DNA of 64,000 bases. Source: Patellaria atrata CBS 101060. Taxonomy: Eukaryota. Under the pieces are notes generated by a model. That model did no database searches, was not told the DNA's origin, and saw nothing but the letters and a program-made list of their open reading frames with translations. This document shows, in pieces, positions 35,750 to 49,053 of this stretch. The first letter of the stretch is position 1. Every line of letters begins with the position of its first letter. The translations under genes and the position numbers were made by a program. The DNA lies in NCBI GenBank assembly GCA_010093705.1, contig MU006089.1, forward strand, positions 1,847,561-1,911,560, read 5' to 3'.

Positions 35750-36458
35750 ATGGTCGTCAAGATCCGTCTCGCGCGCTTCGGCAAGAAGCATGCGCCGTTC
35801 TACAACATCGTCGTCGCCCACGCGCGGTACGTCCCATCATTCCAGCATTGAAAGCACGAACCTGCTGTTCATAGTATACCTTCTGGGAGAGACAATGCTG
35901 ACAACCACGGATGTAGAACGGCGAGAAACAGCAAGCCTCTCGAAGTACTGGGTATGATTCCTGATTTCAACCCCCATCCCTCACCCCCTACTAACCTCCA
36001 TACTTCATACCCTCAACAACGTCTCAAACCTCCCCATCCGCAACTTCTATCCCCCTCACCTCTCCCAACTTCCTTCAAAGTATTTTCCAACCGACTAACA
36101 CCACACGCCACAGGCACATACGACCCGATCCCCAAATCCCCACCCCCGAACGACCCGCACGCCCGGCCCTGGAAAGACATCAAGCTCGACCGCTCGCGCG
36201 CGAAGTACTGGCTCGGCGTAGGCGCGCAACCCAGCGATCCCGCATGGCGGCTTCTTTCCATGGTCCGTTTCATCTCGTGCTCACATCTTCAAACATTGCT
36301 ATCCGAGGACTTGTGCTGATATTTGAACGCAGATCGGGTTGCTGGAACCGAAATACCGGCCCTCCATGGTCGGAGGCAAAGTCGAGAAGGTTAATAAGAT
36401 GGCGATAGTAGCGGAGGGGGTTGAGGGAAAGAGGCAGGGAACTGTTGAGACGAGATAG
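35750..36458 (+). CDS. MRPS16: Mitochondrial ribosomal protein S16 (bS16m); 4 exons
   Basis: MVVKIRLARFGKKHAPFYNIVVAHAR|TARNSKPLEVL|GTYDPIP...RAKYWLGVGAQPSD. It is divergent from NNR1 across about 380 bp. Confidence 0.93.
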
Positions 36459-36915
36459 TTAGGGTGTAGCGGTGATATTGATGCATTGCGCGGCGTTTTC
36501 TGTGGGGTTGGGATTTAGAGTGGAAAGGGGCAGAACGGAAGCTCTGCTCACTGTAAAATATGTATACAAGGATGGTATTGATTGAGAGGTCGTTGATATA
36601 CGGTACCTAAGTGCGTCTTGCACAGCATTCCTCTATTGTCACAGTTAGCACTCTCCCCCGGCTGTACACAGAGTGACTATGGTACGAAAACGGCTTTTTC
36701 CAAACTTTTACATGTCTGTACAGTTAAGTCAGAGCTCTTCATATTAACACAAACGTACAGTGCTTCAGAGGATATATGTATAGTAAATACACCAGCGTAC
36801 TAAAGACAACACTCTTACTCCACCAGCCCCAGTGACGGGTTAGTATCTTTATTTTTGATAGGGTGTAAATGCCTCAACGCTAAATATGACAATATCGTGA
36901 CAATCTCTATACCCC

Positions 36916-38722
36916 CTAATGACTAGCAACCAAAAACGTATTCGTCCCCAAACAAACCCCCATAACAACGAACCCATAGATTGCTAATGCCAAGCTCAAC
37001 CGTCTTAGCAGCGTCTTCCTCCAACTCTTATGCCCCAATCCCAGCCTCCCCCTGAGGCCTGTGGCGAAGCCCTCAGGATCGCTATCATCTTCCTCGCTCT
37101 CCTCATCATCGTCCTCCTTCAACAAACGTTGATGATGTATCGAGTCTGGCGCCGAAATCTTGTAGTAAAACAGTCCCGGAAGGATGAAGCTGATAGCCGT
37201 GGACCCGGTGCTGCCGACGTATGCTAACACTTTCTCTAAACTAGACACTGTCATTGCGACAACGTAGCTTGCGATGATGACAATTGTTGTGATGGTTGCG
37301 AAGCGGAGTTCACCCATCTCGTGCTTGTGTATTGGGTGCTGGGGAGCTGCACCGAGGAGTGGAGCGCGTGGTGGTGAGACATCGGCGGATGAGGGCCGTG
37401 ATCTGTTGGGTCGCCATTTGAGTACCGCATCGATTGAGGCACGGCATGGATGTACTTGGAGGGGGTACGAAAACATGACGAGAATTACGATTGCGGCTTT
37501 ACCAATCGTGGATGCGATTGATGGCGCATCTGGTTTGGATTAGTGAGCGTGCTCCCCTGAAATGGACAATTTGAGGAAGGGGATGGGTACATACACATGC
37601 TGATGATGTTGCCTTTGATATTATCACCATATGAGAGGTAACCAGTGATAGCTACTAGAATATAAAGGGCACAGCCGCTTCCAATACTTGCTACAGCTAC
37701 TCCGGTGGTTCGAGAGTGAGTGTTGTTGTTTATTTCGTTGAGAATAGAGAACATCTTGCTGACCGTTAGAATGACTGAGAATGAAACTCATAACTGAAAA
37801 ACCTACATTTTGATGGCAAGTATAAGCAAAAATGATGATAGGAAACGATGCTAGAGCTGGAACTGGGCCTGCCCATCTAAACACACGGACTTCACCACGT
37901 TCCGTTATTGTATCTCCTTTGATAAAATGCGCCAGTACTAGAATAACGAGATATGCAATAGATATAAGCGCTATAACGCTAGTATATTTTAAGGAGTCGA
38001 GACGTCGAAGGAACGACAGTGGGATAACGACCAGCCTACGGGTCGTATATTGTCAGAACGGTAAGCAAGCAGTAAGAAGGAAGGATGAATTCTTACATAA
38101 ACGCTGTGATCCAAAAGTGCCTATCGACAAGAAAGCTCACATTGCCAGCATGCTTGCTGAACCCCATTGCTACACCGGGCATCAGGTCTCCAATGATAAT
38201 TAAGTAACTGATGCCGACTCCAAAGCATTTGATAGCAATTGCGGTGTCAAAGACGATGGAGGCATTTGGGTATGTCAATTTCGAAAGGGCAGCGAACGAG
38301 GAGGTCCCTCTGTCTAAGTATTTGGCACATCTTGTTTGCAGGTATAAACCAAAAACAGATGTCATGCCGGCCCAAATTATGACGAACACGCCGAGTACGA
38401 TGCCCATATGAGATAAAGCGGAGGGCATAGCGAGGATACCAGCACCGACAACTGCAATCGACATAGATTAGCTCCATTGCTCAAGTATAATCCAGTGAAC
38501 CCATACTAGTATTGAGTAGATTTATCACGCTGCTGACCCAGCTTGCTTGACCGATATGTCCCACATCTTTTCGTCCTCGAGGAGTCCTAGATCACTCCAT
38601 TAGTGTGAGATCATAAAAGACGCTCAAAGTACAAACCTTCTACCTCGCGACGACGAAGAAGAACTCCCGGGTCTACTATGTACATCATCCGAGTCGGCAC
38701 GAATGGCGGTATAACTGGCCAT
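36916..38722 (-). CDS. Vacuolar amino-acid transporter (AVT5/6/7 family, Aa_trans); multi-exon
   Basis: Motifs are GQASWVSSVINLLN, VGAGILAMP, AIAIKCFGVGISYLIIIGDLMP, IPLSFLRRLDSLKYTS, FAYTCHQN, FSYPLQVHPCR and VGSTGSTAISFILPG. Confidence 0.9.
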
Positions 38723-39081
38723 GTTGACCCAGGCTATGTGGCCGCAAGAATTATAAGGAGTCTAAGGTTGAACTCATAGAAGCGTCAGGTCGTTGGCGCG
38801 TACAATATGTGGCGGCAAAAGAGCGTTGTCGGTATGTATCTGGGATTATTAGTGATAGTAAATACAACTGGAGCGTATACCAGAGGGTCGAGAATGTATC
38901 TTTGGTTCAAAATACACTTAGATGTCACATAATGGGACGGGAAAGTCCGTGCGGTTGCCAAGCGTTTGTATCTATTTTGGGAAATAACCTTAAATTTGCC
39001 TTCTATCCGTGCGTAATTGAGCGTTGTAAGTTTCTTCGACACGACGCGAATTCATGTCTTTGAATCTAATTTTCCAGATTT

Positions 39082-39752
39082 ATGATCCCTATCATGGAAC
39101 AGAATCTTACACAAATTCTCTTGGAGACACTAGAGCTTCTTGAGATGCGATTGCGACGGATTGAGTTTGTGCTTCATGGTGACTCTGATCTGATGTCGAA
39201 CATACCAGTTAAGACGAGAATTGAGAAAGCGGAAGATACTTTGCGCAATCTGGGAGCAAAGTCTAGTGTAGTTTCAGATGTCGCTCATCTACGTGCGTAT
39301 AGCTCAGCCGTCTCTTGCTAATATTTTCTAATGATTCAAATTTAGACTCTCGCTTTCCGGATACGATAAGCCCCCAACTGGACTCAGACATTCCAAAAGA
39401 GGCAGACCTGTCCAACATTCTTGCAATTATTCTGACAGAAGCCCCATCGTTCCCAGCTACGGCATCACAGCTGACCTCGCTCAATGACACGCCAATTCCA
39501 CCTACCGAAGCATTTGCTTCTCTCGCAGCATTACAACCAAGGATCGCCCACGTAGATCGTCGCCAGACGAAGCAAGCTCTAGAGATATCGGATCTACGAA
39601 CGAGGACTGCGTTGTCCGTTCTACGATGGCATGAGATTATGATCCTCGGACAGGGTAGATGTTGGGCAGAGTTCGACGCCAAGATGAAACAAGCAGAACG
39701 AACAGTTAGACGAGAAGAGTTCCAAAGACAGAAAGCGGAAAATGAAGTCTAG
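39082..39752 (+). CDS. Nuclear distribution protein RO10-like (dynactin p24-related); 2 exons
   Basis: LETLELLEMRLRRIEFVLHG start, APSFPATASQLTSLNDTPIP, and a C-terminal coiled coil (EISDLRTRTALSVLRWHE). Intron about 39293-39345. The start could be the second ATG at 39094. Confidence 0.75.
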
Positions 39753-40023
39753 TCGTCTATCCACCAAATATGTGGGTACGGCAATCGCACTAGAACCCTG
39801 ATGATCTACGATGGGATGTCTACTGGTGCGAAAGTTGAACGAGTAGGAAAAAGAATACTGGGTAGCATCATCAACATATGCTCTTATACAGTCTATACGG
39901 TCGCACCATGATAAAAGGTACCGGTCAGTGAAGTATTAAGCAGTGTATTCATGACGATGCACAGCTTCACACTCGATCAGGTTTTACCATATGAGGAACT
40001 ATGCGCTGGAGATTATATTTAGC

Positions 40024-40123
40024 NNNNNNNNNNNNNNNNNNNNNNNNNNNNNNNNNNNNNNNNNNNNNNNNNNNNNNNNNNNNNNNNNNNNNNNNNNNNN
40101 NNNNNNNNNNNNNNNNNNNNNNN
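40024..40123. other. Assembly gap (100 N)
   Basis: Run of exactly 100 N, the usual placeholder for a gap of unknown size. Confidence 0.99.
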
Positions 40124-41779
40124 AGTTCCGAGTCCGATTGAGGCTCGAAACGAAACATCAGAATCCGGCGGAGCACATCATGATTGCATAGAGCGTCATA
40201 GGATTTATGGGATTGGAAAGGCACCGATAAGTTGATGAGATGACGGCCCTGACAGGTTTGGCGGGAGGATGACTGATCAACCGGTTCCTGAGATGCTCAC
40301 GCGGGTGCTGATGCTGTGATGCAGGAGACTTGCGCCGTTGGAGATGGGTTTCAGCTTTGTCTCACCTCGAGTGGGCTACGGTAGTACCGGCCTGGAGAAG
40401 GGAACATGGCCAGAATAATGGCCTGACAGGGTACTTTTTCAAACAACCGTTATACAAATTTGACATTTAGCAGTAATTATGATCGAATTGATGTAAGTTT
40501 CGTGGCTTTCCATAAGTGACTACTGCACAAGTTCGGCGTCTCCTATCATCAACCTTTTGAACTATCTTTTGGCGAGATCGGCACAGATGGTCTAAGAGAA
40601 CGTCAATCACTTCAGTGCCACAAATCGCCACATGTCGCCAGCGATGCGAAGCGAAGTTGATCATGTTATGCTTCAGAGGTTGATCTACTTCCCGAAGGTC
40701 TTCTCTGGGTAGGTGGTGGTCGATCGAGCCTCGTGTATCAACCTTCTATCCCGGGAGTTCATGATAAAAGTGCCAGGGCTCAGGGCTCCCCTCGGGTCTT
40801 CAAAGTGGGTCATAGGCACGAAGAGCGACGACTCGAGAGGCAGAAAGGCCCCAAAAGGTCAAAAATTCAGGAAACCGTTCCTGTCTTCCCCCGCCTTTTT
40901 GAGTGACGAGCATCCATATCCATATTCATATCGGCTGATCACTTGGCCAACCAAGAAAATAGATATTAAGATGACGATTTCACCGTGAACACTCTAGCCT
41001 TTTGCCTTCGAGTCGCTTTTCTTTGCGTGGCCCTTTGTCTTTGTGAGCAATTACTACAATAAACTTACCGTAACTGGTCGTCTAGTGGCCCCTACGTACC
41101 TTGGAGTACAATTTTGACGAACAAACATAATTCCCAAGAACCAAAGCGACAGCAAATTAGCAACAAGCCAGACTGGACAGACAATTGGCCGGTAAGGGGA
41201 GGATTGAAACTCGGAGATTCTCACAGCTACGGTAGCTTGGGTGCTTTTCTGGGGCACATGGGCTGGTCGAGGGGTGTCGTAGACTTTAAGCAGCCACGGG
41301 AACGACCAGAACAGCCTGCGCCTAATAAGCTCTAATCACCTATCGCCTCGTCTCCTTCCGAAACTCTCCCACCCCCAAGCGCCAACACCCACCACCTTTG
41401 AGACCTCCTCAGCAAACCGTTCATCATCCTCAACATCATTCTAATCCACTGCCAGTACCTTTCCCGAACATACTCTCGCTGGTCTTTCTTTTTCATTTCG
41501 TTTATTTTGGGGACGACGGCCGCTATCATCACGAAGACATCAAGACGAAAGCACCTCGCTGTCAAGTGTCGAATACCATTGATCGACCCCCTTTGGACCT
41601 TCTCCACAGCCAGGCGCTGAACCGTACCTCATTAATTCGCAACGACGCTTTAATCGCCCACAAGTAATCCTCTCGACCTTTTAGAAGCAGCTCGTTCACA
41701 AGTTACGGGTTGAGCGCTTCAAAAAAAGGCTCGTTCATTCCTTAAATCCATCTTCCCAGCCGCACGCACTTTGCCGTAC

Positions 41780-42880
41780 ATGCATCCTCCCTACGGTTCT
41801 CTTGGTTCACCATCACTACGCAAAATGGAAGGCAGATATGAATCACGAAAGAAATTTAGTCCTGGTTACATATTAGGGGATCCTTTCGCGCTGGCCACTA
41901 TTTCAATCGCCATTGTTTGTATTCCGTACTACAATCAACTCACTCAAGACTAATGTGTTCTCATAGCTTGCTTGGTTAATTGCCTTCGTCAGCTCAATTA
42001 TCGCTGCGATTCGAGGTGGCTTTCCGAATTTCGCTTGGTGGGCTCTGGTGTTCATGTTTATGTGCATCATTGGAGTGACTACTACTGTCGCAACCGATTC
42101 AGAACATACCTATCATGTAGCTGTTAGTGGTGTTTCTCACTCCTTTGCAAGTGCGCAATGTTGATATCGGATTAGATTGTGGGCTTTCTAGCAGCTGGCC
42201 TTGTCTTCACGACTTCTTCCGTCAATTCGCTCGTATACTCGTCCGATGGTGCAAGAGAGGCCGCAGCCGCGGGTTTCATTTTGCTTTCCATGGTAGCAGT
42301 AAGTTTTATTGGTTGTACACTTCTCTGGACTGCAAACTAATCGATCTAGATTGTATGGATCTTCTACTACGGTTCGCAACCCCAAGCCAGCCATCGTGCC
42401 TACGTCGATTCCTTCGCTCTGCACAAAGGCGACAGACAATCCTCGCAGAATTCCCGCCAAATGTCCTCCAACAACTATGCTTCCCGTCCCGAAGTTTCCT
42501 CCAGTAACCAAGCTCCTCAAATGTACACATCCGCACAATTGAACGGCTTCGAGACTTCCTCCCCAGTCTCGGGTTATCCAGGCGGACCCGTGGGCGCAGC
42601 TGCACGCAATTCATCGCAACCTCGCTTCGGAGATAACACACAATCACACACACCACCTGTTGCAGTTCAGAACGAACCCGAAGTAGCTGCTCCTACAGAA
42701 TACCCGTACCGTGCGAAAGCTATCTATAGCTACGAAGCCAACCCCGATGACGCCAACGAGATCAGCTTCAGCAAGCACGAGATATTAGAAGTCTCTGATG
42801 TGAGCGGCCGCTGGTGGCAAGCTAAGAAAGAGAATGGAGAGACAGGCATTGCACCCAGCAATTACCTCATTCTACTATAA
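41780..42880 (+). CDS. SHO1: High-osmolarity signalling protein Sho1 (4 TM + SH3); 4 exons
   Basis: [12 protein letters not shown] and four TM segments; SH3 domain [42 protein letters not shown]...GIAPSNYL. Exons are 41780-41914, 41967-42122, 42176-42298 and 42350-42880. Confidence 0.96.
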
Positions 42881-44330
42881 CCTTTTGCTACGACAGTACC
42901 CGTAACGGATGTATGATGCAAATTTTCTGCTTCTTTCTAGTCCAATATTCGTAGATCATGATCGGACCTTCTGAGCTACCTTCGGATTTGAACTTCCGGA
43001 TGACATTGGCTCAACTTTTGTTGTTACCATTCGACCCTGGGACAGACTGGAACTGGACCGAAGAAGAATTACTTCAACCCGAACGCCCAAAGATAAAGCA
43101 GAGACATAGAACTATGTTCTCCCGTTTGGATACCCGTTCTATTCCTTGTCTCGATGATCAGCCCTTTTGGATCCTCGAATAAAGAGCCTTTTTTTATTAT
43201 AACCTTTTTCCTTTCCTTTGTTATATGTACGGGTATATCATAGGCGTCCGTCCTACACGTGACCGGCGTCTTCGAGCTTTCTGTTTATGTGTGCTGGGTT
43301 ACGGAGATAACTGGATCTCCTTGTTTTTAGCCTCGCGGGGTTCGTTGTAAAAGAGAATTTGAAGAGGTTGACGTCTACATAGGCATATATGCCTGCTTAA
43401 AAGGCAATTAATGAATCAAAAATTGTTAAGATTACCCACTTTCCTCCTCAACCGTTTGAGTGACTTGCTCAAGATTGAGCTTCGGACAAGAAATACCTAC
43501 TCCCATGGTATCAGTGGGTGGGACTGTTTTGGATTCCTCCGAAGACACAGGTTAACCGACCAGGTGCTCAGCTATTCAGTCTCCACTCTTCACATACGCC
43601 ACTATCAGTTCCACCTTACTTGGACTACTCACAGGGTAATATATGAGACCGTGCTACGATCTGATTGTGCGGCTTGTGCAGGTTGTGGCTCTTAATGGCT
43701 GGCTGTGCGGTTCGGCTCGCACGACTCCACTTCATCTACCACCTCACCATGCGAGTCAAATATCTGCTTCACACACTGCTGACTTTTGCCGATAGGATGT
43801 TGCTGTTCAAACATAGGCCTGCTGAAATGCACACAAACGACCATGCAGAACCACTGCTTTCAAAGTGGGAGTTCATCTCACCTCTTTGCGCCTTGAATAT
43901 CTCGAACATGCTGACATGCAATCTTATTTCATTATATGGCATTGTGTAAGTTTATGGCGCTTGCTGTGACTTTCACTGACAAACTGCTGCTGTTATCTGT
44001 GCGAGAATCCATCAGCAAATTATAATGGAGACATTGCAACTTGACCGAGCTGGCTGGATGGTGGACGCACCAGTTCAATGTTTCTGGCGAATTAACACTT
44101 GCAGCAATGCACTGCACATAGTATCTATCACATGAACTGAGATATCGCTGGATGACTAGAACAATCATGCTACTACAATCTACATGTTCGGGCAAGCTAC
44201 GATCTGGAGATTCTTAAGACCTGAATGAGACCTATTCCCCTTCAGATGATTCAAAACCTCTTGTGTTATCATCATCGGACAATTCGCTTCCACTGCCCTC
44301 CACTATCATTCCATCCAAACAGCTTCCAAC

Positions 44331-46443
44331 ATGACAAGCGGACGATCCCTTCGTAGCGAATATGCTAGGCGTATCATGGTCGATGCTACCCTGGAAGAAT
44401 ATCATCGCCGTTATCCCGACCGAAACATAAAACAACTACCCATGAAGACTATCGGAGAACCTCCAGAAGCGAACGGTGTCGAAGGTCAGATGGAAGACTC
44501 CAGTTTACCCCCGGGCCGTGTCCACATTGTTGGTGCGGGTATTGCGGGCATGTTCCTCGCGATGCACTCGCTTGAACTCGGTTTCACAGACTTCGATATT
44601 TTTGAAGCTTCTAGTCGTGTTGGAGGAAGGGTATACACACACACTTTCGAAGGCGTGAACACTACACACAACTACTATGATGCTGGAGCAATAAGAATTC
44701 CTGACATGGCGGCTATTGAATCGTAAGCACTCTGATTTTTTTGGGCTCGAGATCACCTTTATAACTTCCATTGATCGTGCTCGAGATGTTCATACTTTCT
44801 TGTTACCCAATTCCAAAACGTTCCTTTGGTAGACATGTAGGATTTTGGGGCGGTCTTTGAGCAAAAGCTAACACGGGCGAAGTGCGTTCTGACTTATATC
44901 CAACCTACAGATTCCACTTGCAGAATACACTCAATAGTAGGCACAAACCTAATATGTATTGGTATTCCCCAAAAACTTCTCGGTGAGTTCTACCTCTAGT
45001 GCCGACAAATGGCCTGTTAGATAAGATCTCTGGCTAATGTTGGAAAGGGAGATTGGCAAAGAACTGGAACCGTTCGAGGATGAAGCCAAGAGATTTATCG
45101 AAGCTGCTCAAAAGAGTGACTGGTCTAAACTGATGGAGAAAGACAACATATCCACTAGACAATATCTCTATAATCGAGAGTAAGGAGGCGTTCCTATGGC
45201 CATTGACTATGGTAATGCTAATAATTCTCCTGTAGTATCGAATCCGCGAATATAACCGGATATAAAACCTTTGATACGTTAGTGAAGTTCTCTTTCATGT
45301 CCACAGAAACTGACTTTCAACAGAGCTACCGGATTATTTGATCAAGCGTTTACAGAGACCATTCTCCACTATAACGACTTCCGAGCCGCAGCCGACAAAC
45401 CTTGGCATAGACTTGATGGCGGGATGGAGACCCTCACCTAGGCTATGGAAACATACATTGAGAAACTCGGTGGAAAAATAGACCGAAACCACAAGGCTGT
45501 TTCAATGACGAATAATGACTGTACAGTCACCGTCAAGGTTGATGATGGTAGTGGTATCTCTAAGCTTGTTTCGCATGGATACGCCACGGTCTACAAAACT
45601 ACTACAATGGGTGCACTTCAGTGTATGGACCTTTCGGGATTGAAACTTCCCGAAGAGTTATTTACTGGCATCCGCTCGCTCTCATACGATCGTGCCTCCA
45701 AAGTAGTGATTGTTTTCTCTAATCCCTGGTGGATCAAGTACAAAGAGCCCGAGACTGGGGCACCCCTTATCTCTGATGGCGGCTTTTCGTGTACTGACCT
45801 CCTAATCCACACCGTCGTGTATCCTTCATGGAATGATTGGGAAGATAAACCCGCTGTTCCCATGGGATCTTATACTTGGACTCAAGATGCTACTCGGATA
45901 GGTTCACTGATACCTGATCACAACACGCATAAGCCCAGCGCTGATGACGAGCTGGTAACCCTTATGCTGCAGAATCTGTCGAAAATCTGGTCCTCGGTGC
46001 AGGGTGGGCCTACGTTCGAAACCTTGAAGAAGTGGTACGTAACGCATCCCGCCTACGCTTGGTCTCACGATCCCAACACTGCTGGTGCCTTCGCACTCTT
46101 CGGCCCTGGGTAATTTAGGAACGTCTATCCTAAGTTTGTTAAACCGCACTGTGACGGTAAGTTGTTCTTCGCAGGCGAATGTGTATCCACGCATCACGCA
46201 TAGATCTCAGGTGCCATAGATAGCGTGCCGAAACAGTTGCTGCGATAGCTCTATCATCATGTGAAGATTGGTACTATGCGGAAGATTTTCGCTAATCCTT
46301 GGAATGAACCGGAGGATGAATTCCCTGAGGAGATTGATGAGAGCACGTTGCTCTGGAGCGTTGAACTCGCAAGACCAGTGAAGAAGGAACCAATCGGTCC
46401 CCTCTCCTCTGAGAGAGCGGATAGTAGGGAAAGTGGACTTTAA
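44331..46443 (+). pseudogene. L-amino-acid oxidase / flavin amine oxidase pseudogene
   Basis: Motifs IVGAGIAG, EASSRVGGRVYT, YDAGAIRIP, AGAFALFGPG and FAGEC remain. In-frame stops lie at about 44890, 45439, 46111, 46201 and 46246. Confidence 0.85.
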
Positions 46444-46738
46444 AGACGTTTGCATATCGAAGATAATACTACTTCACTAGCACACGAGAATCATGCTAAA
46501 CTAAGTATTCAATGTTTGTATAGATATTATGTCGTTGAAAGATAATAATATACAAACATTCGTCGTCTCGTGATTGAAAGCTGTGAATGGTGCAGTGTTA
46601 CCCCGCCAACAATCGGGCTAGCCCAAAGCGGTTAAATGTATACACCTAAATGTCTTCCACTCAACTTCTACACTTTCATCACTCTCTTTTATCCAGACTC
46701 CGAGACCGCAATTGGAGTCCCACAATACACTTGTTGAT

Positions 46739-48640
46739 ATGCCTCGCAAACAAGTCTACGGAAAACGTGCCAGAACATTCGCCTACACCTCTCTCACTCC
46801 ACTGGGGGATTGGTCCAGTCCCGGCAAGTTGCCGAATGAAGATGAAAAAGTGCAGGATATCATCAAAGAGTTTGGTGCACTATCGGTGCAGCCAGATAAT
46901 AAACCAGACAAAGCTAGGGAAGAGAAGACAAGGAGGGTTCTAAAGGCGAAGGATACAAATATTCAGCCATGCTTGGATAAAGGCAAAAAGGATGGGAAGC
47001 TTAAGAAGAATACTATTTCCGTAGAAGAGGTTATTATTGTCCAAGGAAAGAATATAGATATAGAATCTTCTCATGATCAGAAAGGCGAGAATGAAGAAAA
47101 GAGTAAGGAGAAAAAGAATGGAGGACAGCATTGCGTAAGCCGAAAGTCCAAGGCATCCTGTAACAATACTATCGAGGAACAAGAGGGAGAGACAATCGCC
47201 GTAGCTCCAGATTTAAAGCAATCCGAAAAGAAGCCGCCATTACGGACGCCTGTCAGAAAATCTCAAGGCTCAACTCTCCCACCCCTTTCTAGACCAGACG
47301 ATCCTCTGACGAGGTATACCACTCCGTTACTAGACCTCTGCCGCGATCAAAAGGCAAGAATATGCCCACTACCATTTGCGGAGTCTCTCGCTGAGTTCGA
47401 GGATACAGTTCAGGTAGTCAAGCTTGCTGAAGCATCCTTTAGCGAGGTCTACCGACTATCAACTAAGGCACACATCGGGACAAAGTACGAAGGCGTCTGG
47501 AAACTGATGGCCTTAAAACCACCTCCCGAATGTATACCGAAAGATTTTTCAGAAAAGGAGGAGGACAAACTAGCATACATGAGTGCGGTGGATAATGTTC
47601 TCTCAGAGTTACGGCTGCTGAATCATATGACGGAAGTCCCTGGTTTTACCGTATTTCGAGATCTACGTGTCTTTCTGGGTCCACCCCCGAAACCGTTTGT
47701 GAGCGCCTGGAGAGCATACAACAAAGCGCAGCCGAAAGGAAAGAAGAGCGAGTTCCCAGATCCAGGAAAAAAGGGGAGCTACGGCCTAGACCAACTGTGG
47801 ATTGCCATCGAGATGGGAGACGCAGGCACAGACTTGGAGAAGATCCTCGAAAGAGGAAACAAACTCAGCGTATGGCAAGCATGGGACATCTTCTGGGGGG
47901 TAGCCATCGCCGTTGGCAAGGGGGAAGAAATAGCAGAGTTCGAGCACCGTGATCTCCACCTCGGAAATATATGTATCCGCTCGCCCAATCCATCAAACTC
48001 TCTCCATCCCAGCGATTCCATCAACTCTTCCCTCACTCTCGGCGCTACAGGTCTCAGTGTAACCATCATCGACTACACACTCTCCCGCGCTAAAATGCGA
48101 CCTTCGCGCCCCGACTCCTCCACGGATGCTGAGCAGATAGCGTTCTACCCCCTCTCCACCGACCCCGCTATTTTCGAAGGCGACGCCGCGGAAAACTACC
48201 AGTACGCGATGTACCGGCACATGCGCTCTCTCTTCCTCACCTCATCCGCCCTCACTACGCTCAACGGGCGCAAACTCAAGGCTGCAGAAGCGAAGAAGTC
48301 GTGGCGGGAGTTCTGTCCCGGCACGAATCTCGTATGGTTGCATTTCGTGCTCGACCAGTTGTTAGCGAATCTTGTGCCTGTGGATACGGACGAGTTGGAC
48401 ATTACTATACAGGAGAAGGGAAGAGAGTTGCATAAACGATTGAGGGAATTACAAGCATGGCTTGAACTGCAGAACCTTGGTGTCGAGGGTGGGTTGAGGG
48501 GCGCGGCGGATTTGGTGGGTGTCGCGGTTGAGGAGGGGTGGTTGACTGCTGAGGATGTGATTGGGGAGGTGGAGGGAGATGGTGTGAGGAGCGAGGGGAA
48601 GAGGAAGAGGAGGCGGCGGAGGATTGAGAAGGTGGAGTGA
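46739..48640 (+). CDS. Haspin-family Ser/Thr protein kinase
   Basis: MPRKQVYGKR start, KLAEASFSEVY, FEHRDLHLGNICI, the haspin-specific IIDYTLSRA, QYAMYRHMR and TNLVWLHF. Confidence 0.92.
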   Translation: MPRKQVYGKRARTFAYTSLTPLGDWSSPGKLPNEDEKVQDIIKEFGALSVQPDNKPDKAREEKTRRVLKAKDTNIQPCLDKGKKDGKLKKNTISVEEVIIVQGKNIDIESSHDQKGENEEKSKEKKNGGQHCVSRKSKASCNNTIEEQEGETIAVAPDLKQSEKKPPLRTPVRKSQGSTLPPLSRPDDPLTRYTTPLLDLCRDQKARICPLPFAESLAEFEDTVQVVKLAEASFSEVYRLSTKAHIGTKYEGVWKLMALKPPPECIPKDFSEKEEDKLAYMSAVDNVLSELRLLNHMTEVPGFTVFRDLRVFLGPPPKPFVSAWRAYNKAQPKGKKSEFPDPGKKGSYGLDQLWIAIEMGDAGTDLEKILERGNKLSVWQAWDIFWGVAIAVGKGEEIAEFEHRDLHLGNICIRSPNPSNSLHPSDSINSSLTLGATGLSVTIIDYTLSRAKMRPSRPDSSTDAEQIAFYPLSTDPAIFEGDAAENYQYAMYRHMRSLFLTSSALTTLNGRKLKAAEAKKSWREFCPGTNLVWLHFVLDQLLANLVPVDTDELDITIQEKGRELHKRLRELQAWLELQNLGVEGGLRGAADLVGVAVEEGWLTAEDVIGEVEGDGVRSEGKRKRRRRRIEKVE

Positions 48641-48917
48641 GAGGGTGTAGGGGTTGGAAGGTTGGATTGCATTGAGGGCGTTTTGGATGGTGGTGTGTGC
48701 ATTGGGTGGTGTTTTGGTTGGCTATGGAGGATGTTTTACTGTTTGGCTTCTTCTGGCTAAGTCTGTGAAATACATAAGATATCCGTTAATTCGTTGAAGA
48801 GTCTTTGACTTTACTATGCCCAATGAGTGAGTTGTACGAATTATACTATCTAATCTAACTATACGAAATACCTAACTTAAATACCTAAGATAGTTCTTTC
48901 AAATATCTAAAATCATT

Positions 48918-49053
48918 ATCTTTGGTATAACATCTAAACTTGGGATACAGTATCCTAGGTAGAGTAATTTATCCTAGGATACACCATCTTAGGTATAGCA
49001 TCTAAACTAAGGGTACATTATCATAGTTTGACATTTAAACCTAGAATACATTT
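48918..49053. repeat. Degenerate AT-rich 34-bp tandem repeat x4
   Basis: Units start at 48918, 48952, 48986 and 49020, with a consensus near atcttaggtatagcatctaaacctaggatacatt. Confidence 0.65.

Noticed and set aside
39082..39752. Functional dynein cluster linking RO10 with the TQT-repeat gene
   Set aside because: The two are about 8.5 kb apart with four unrelated housekeeping genes between them; proximity alone is not evidence.
39967..40224. ORFs spanning the N run
   Set aside because: Artefacts of translating through the assembly gap.
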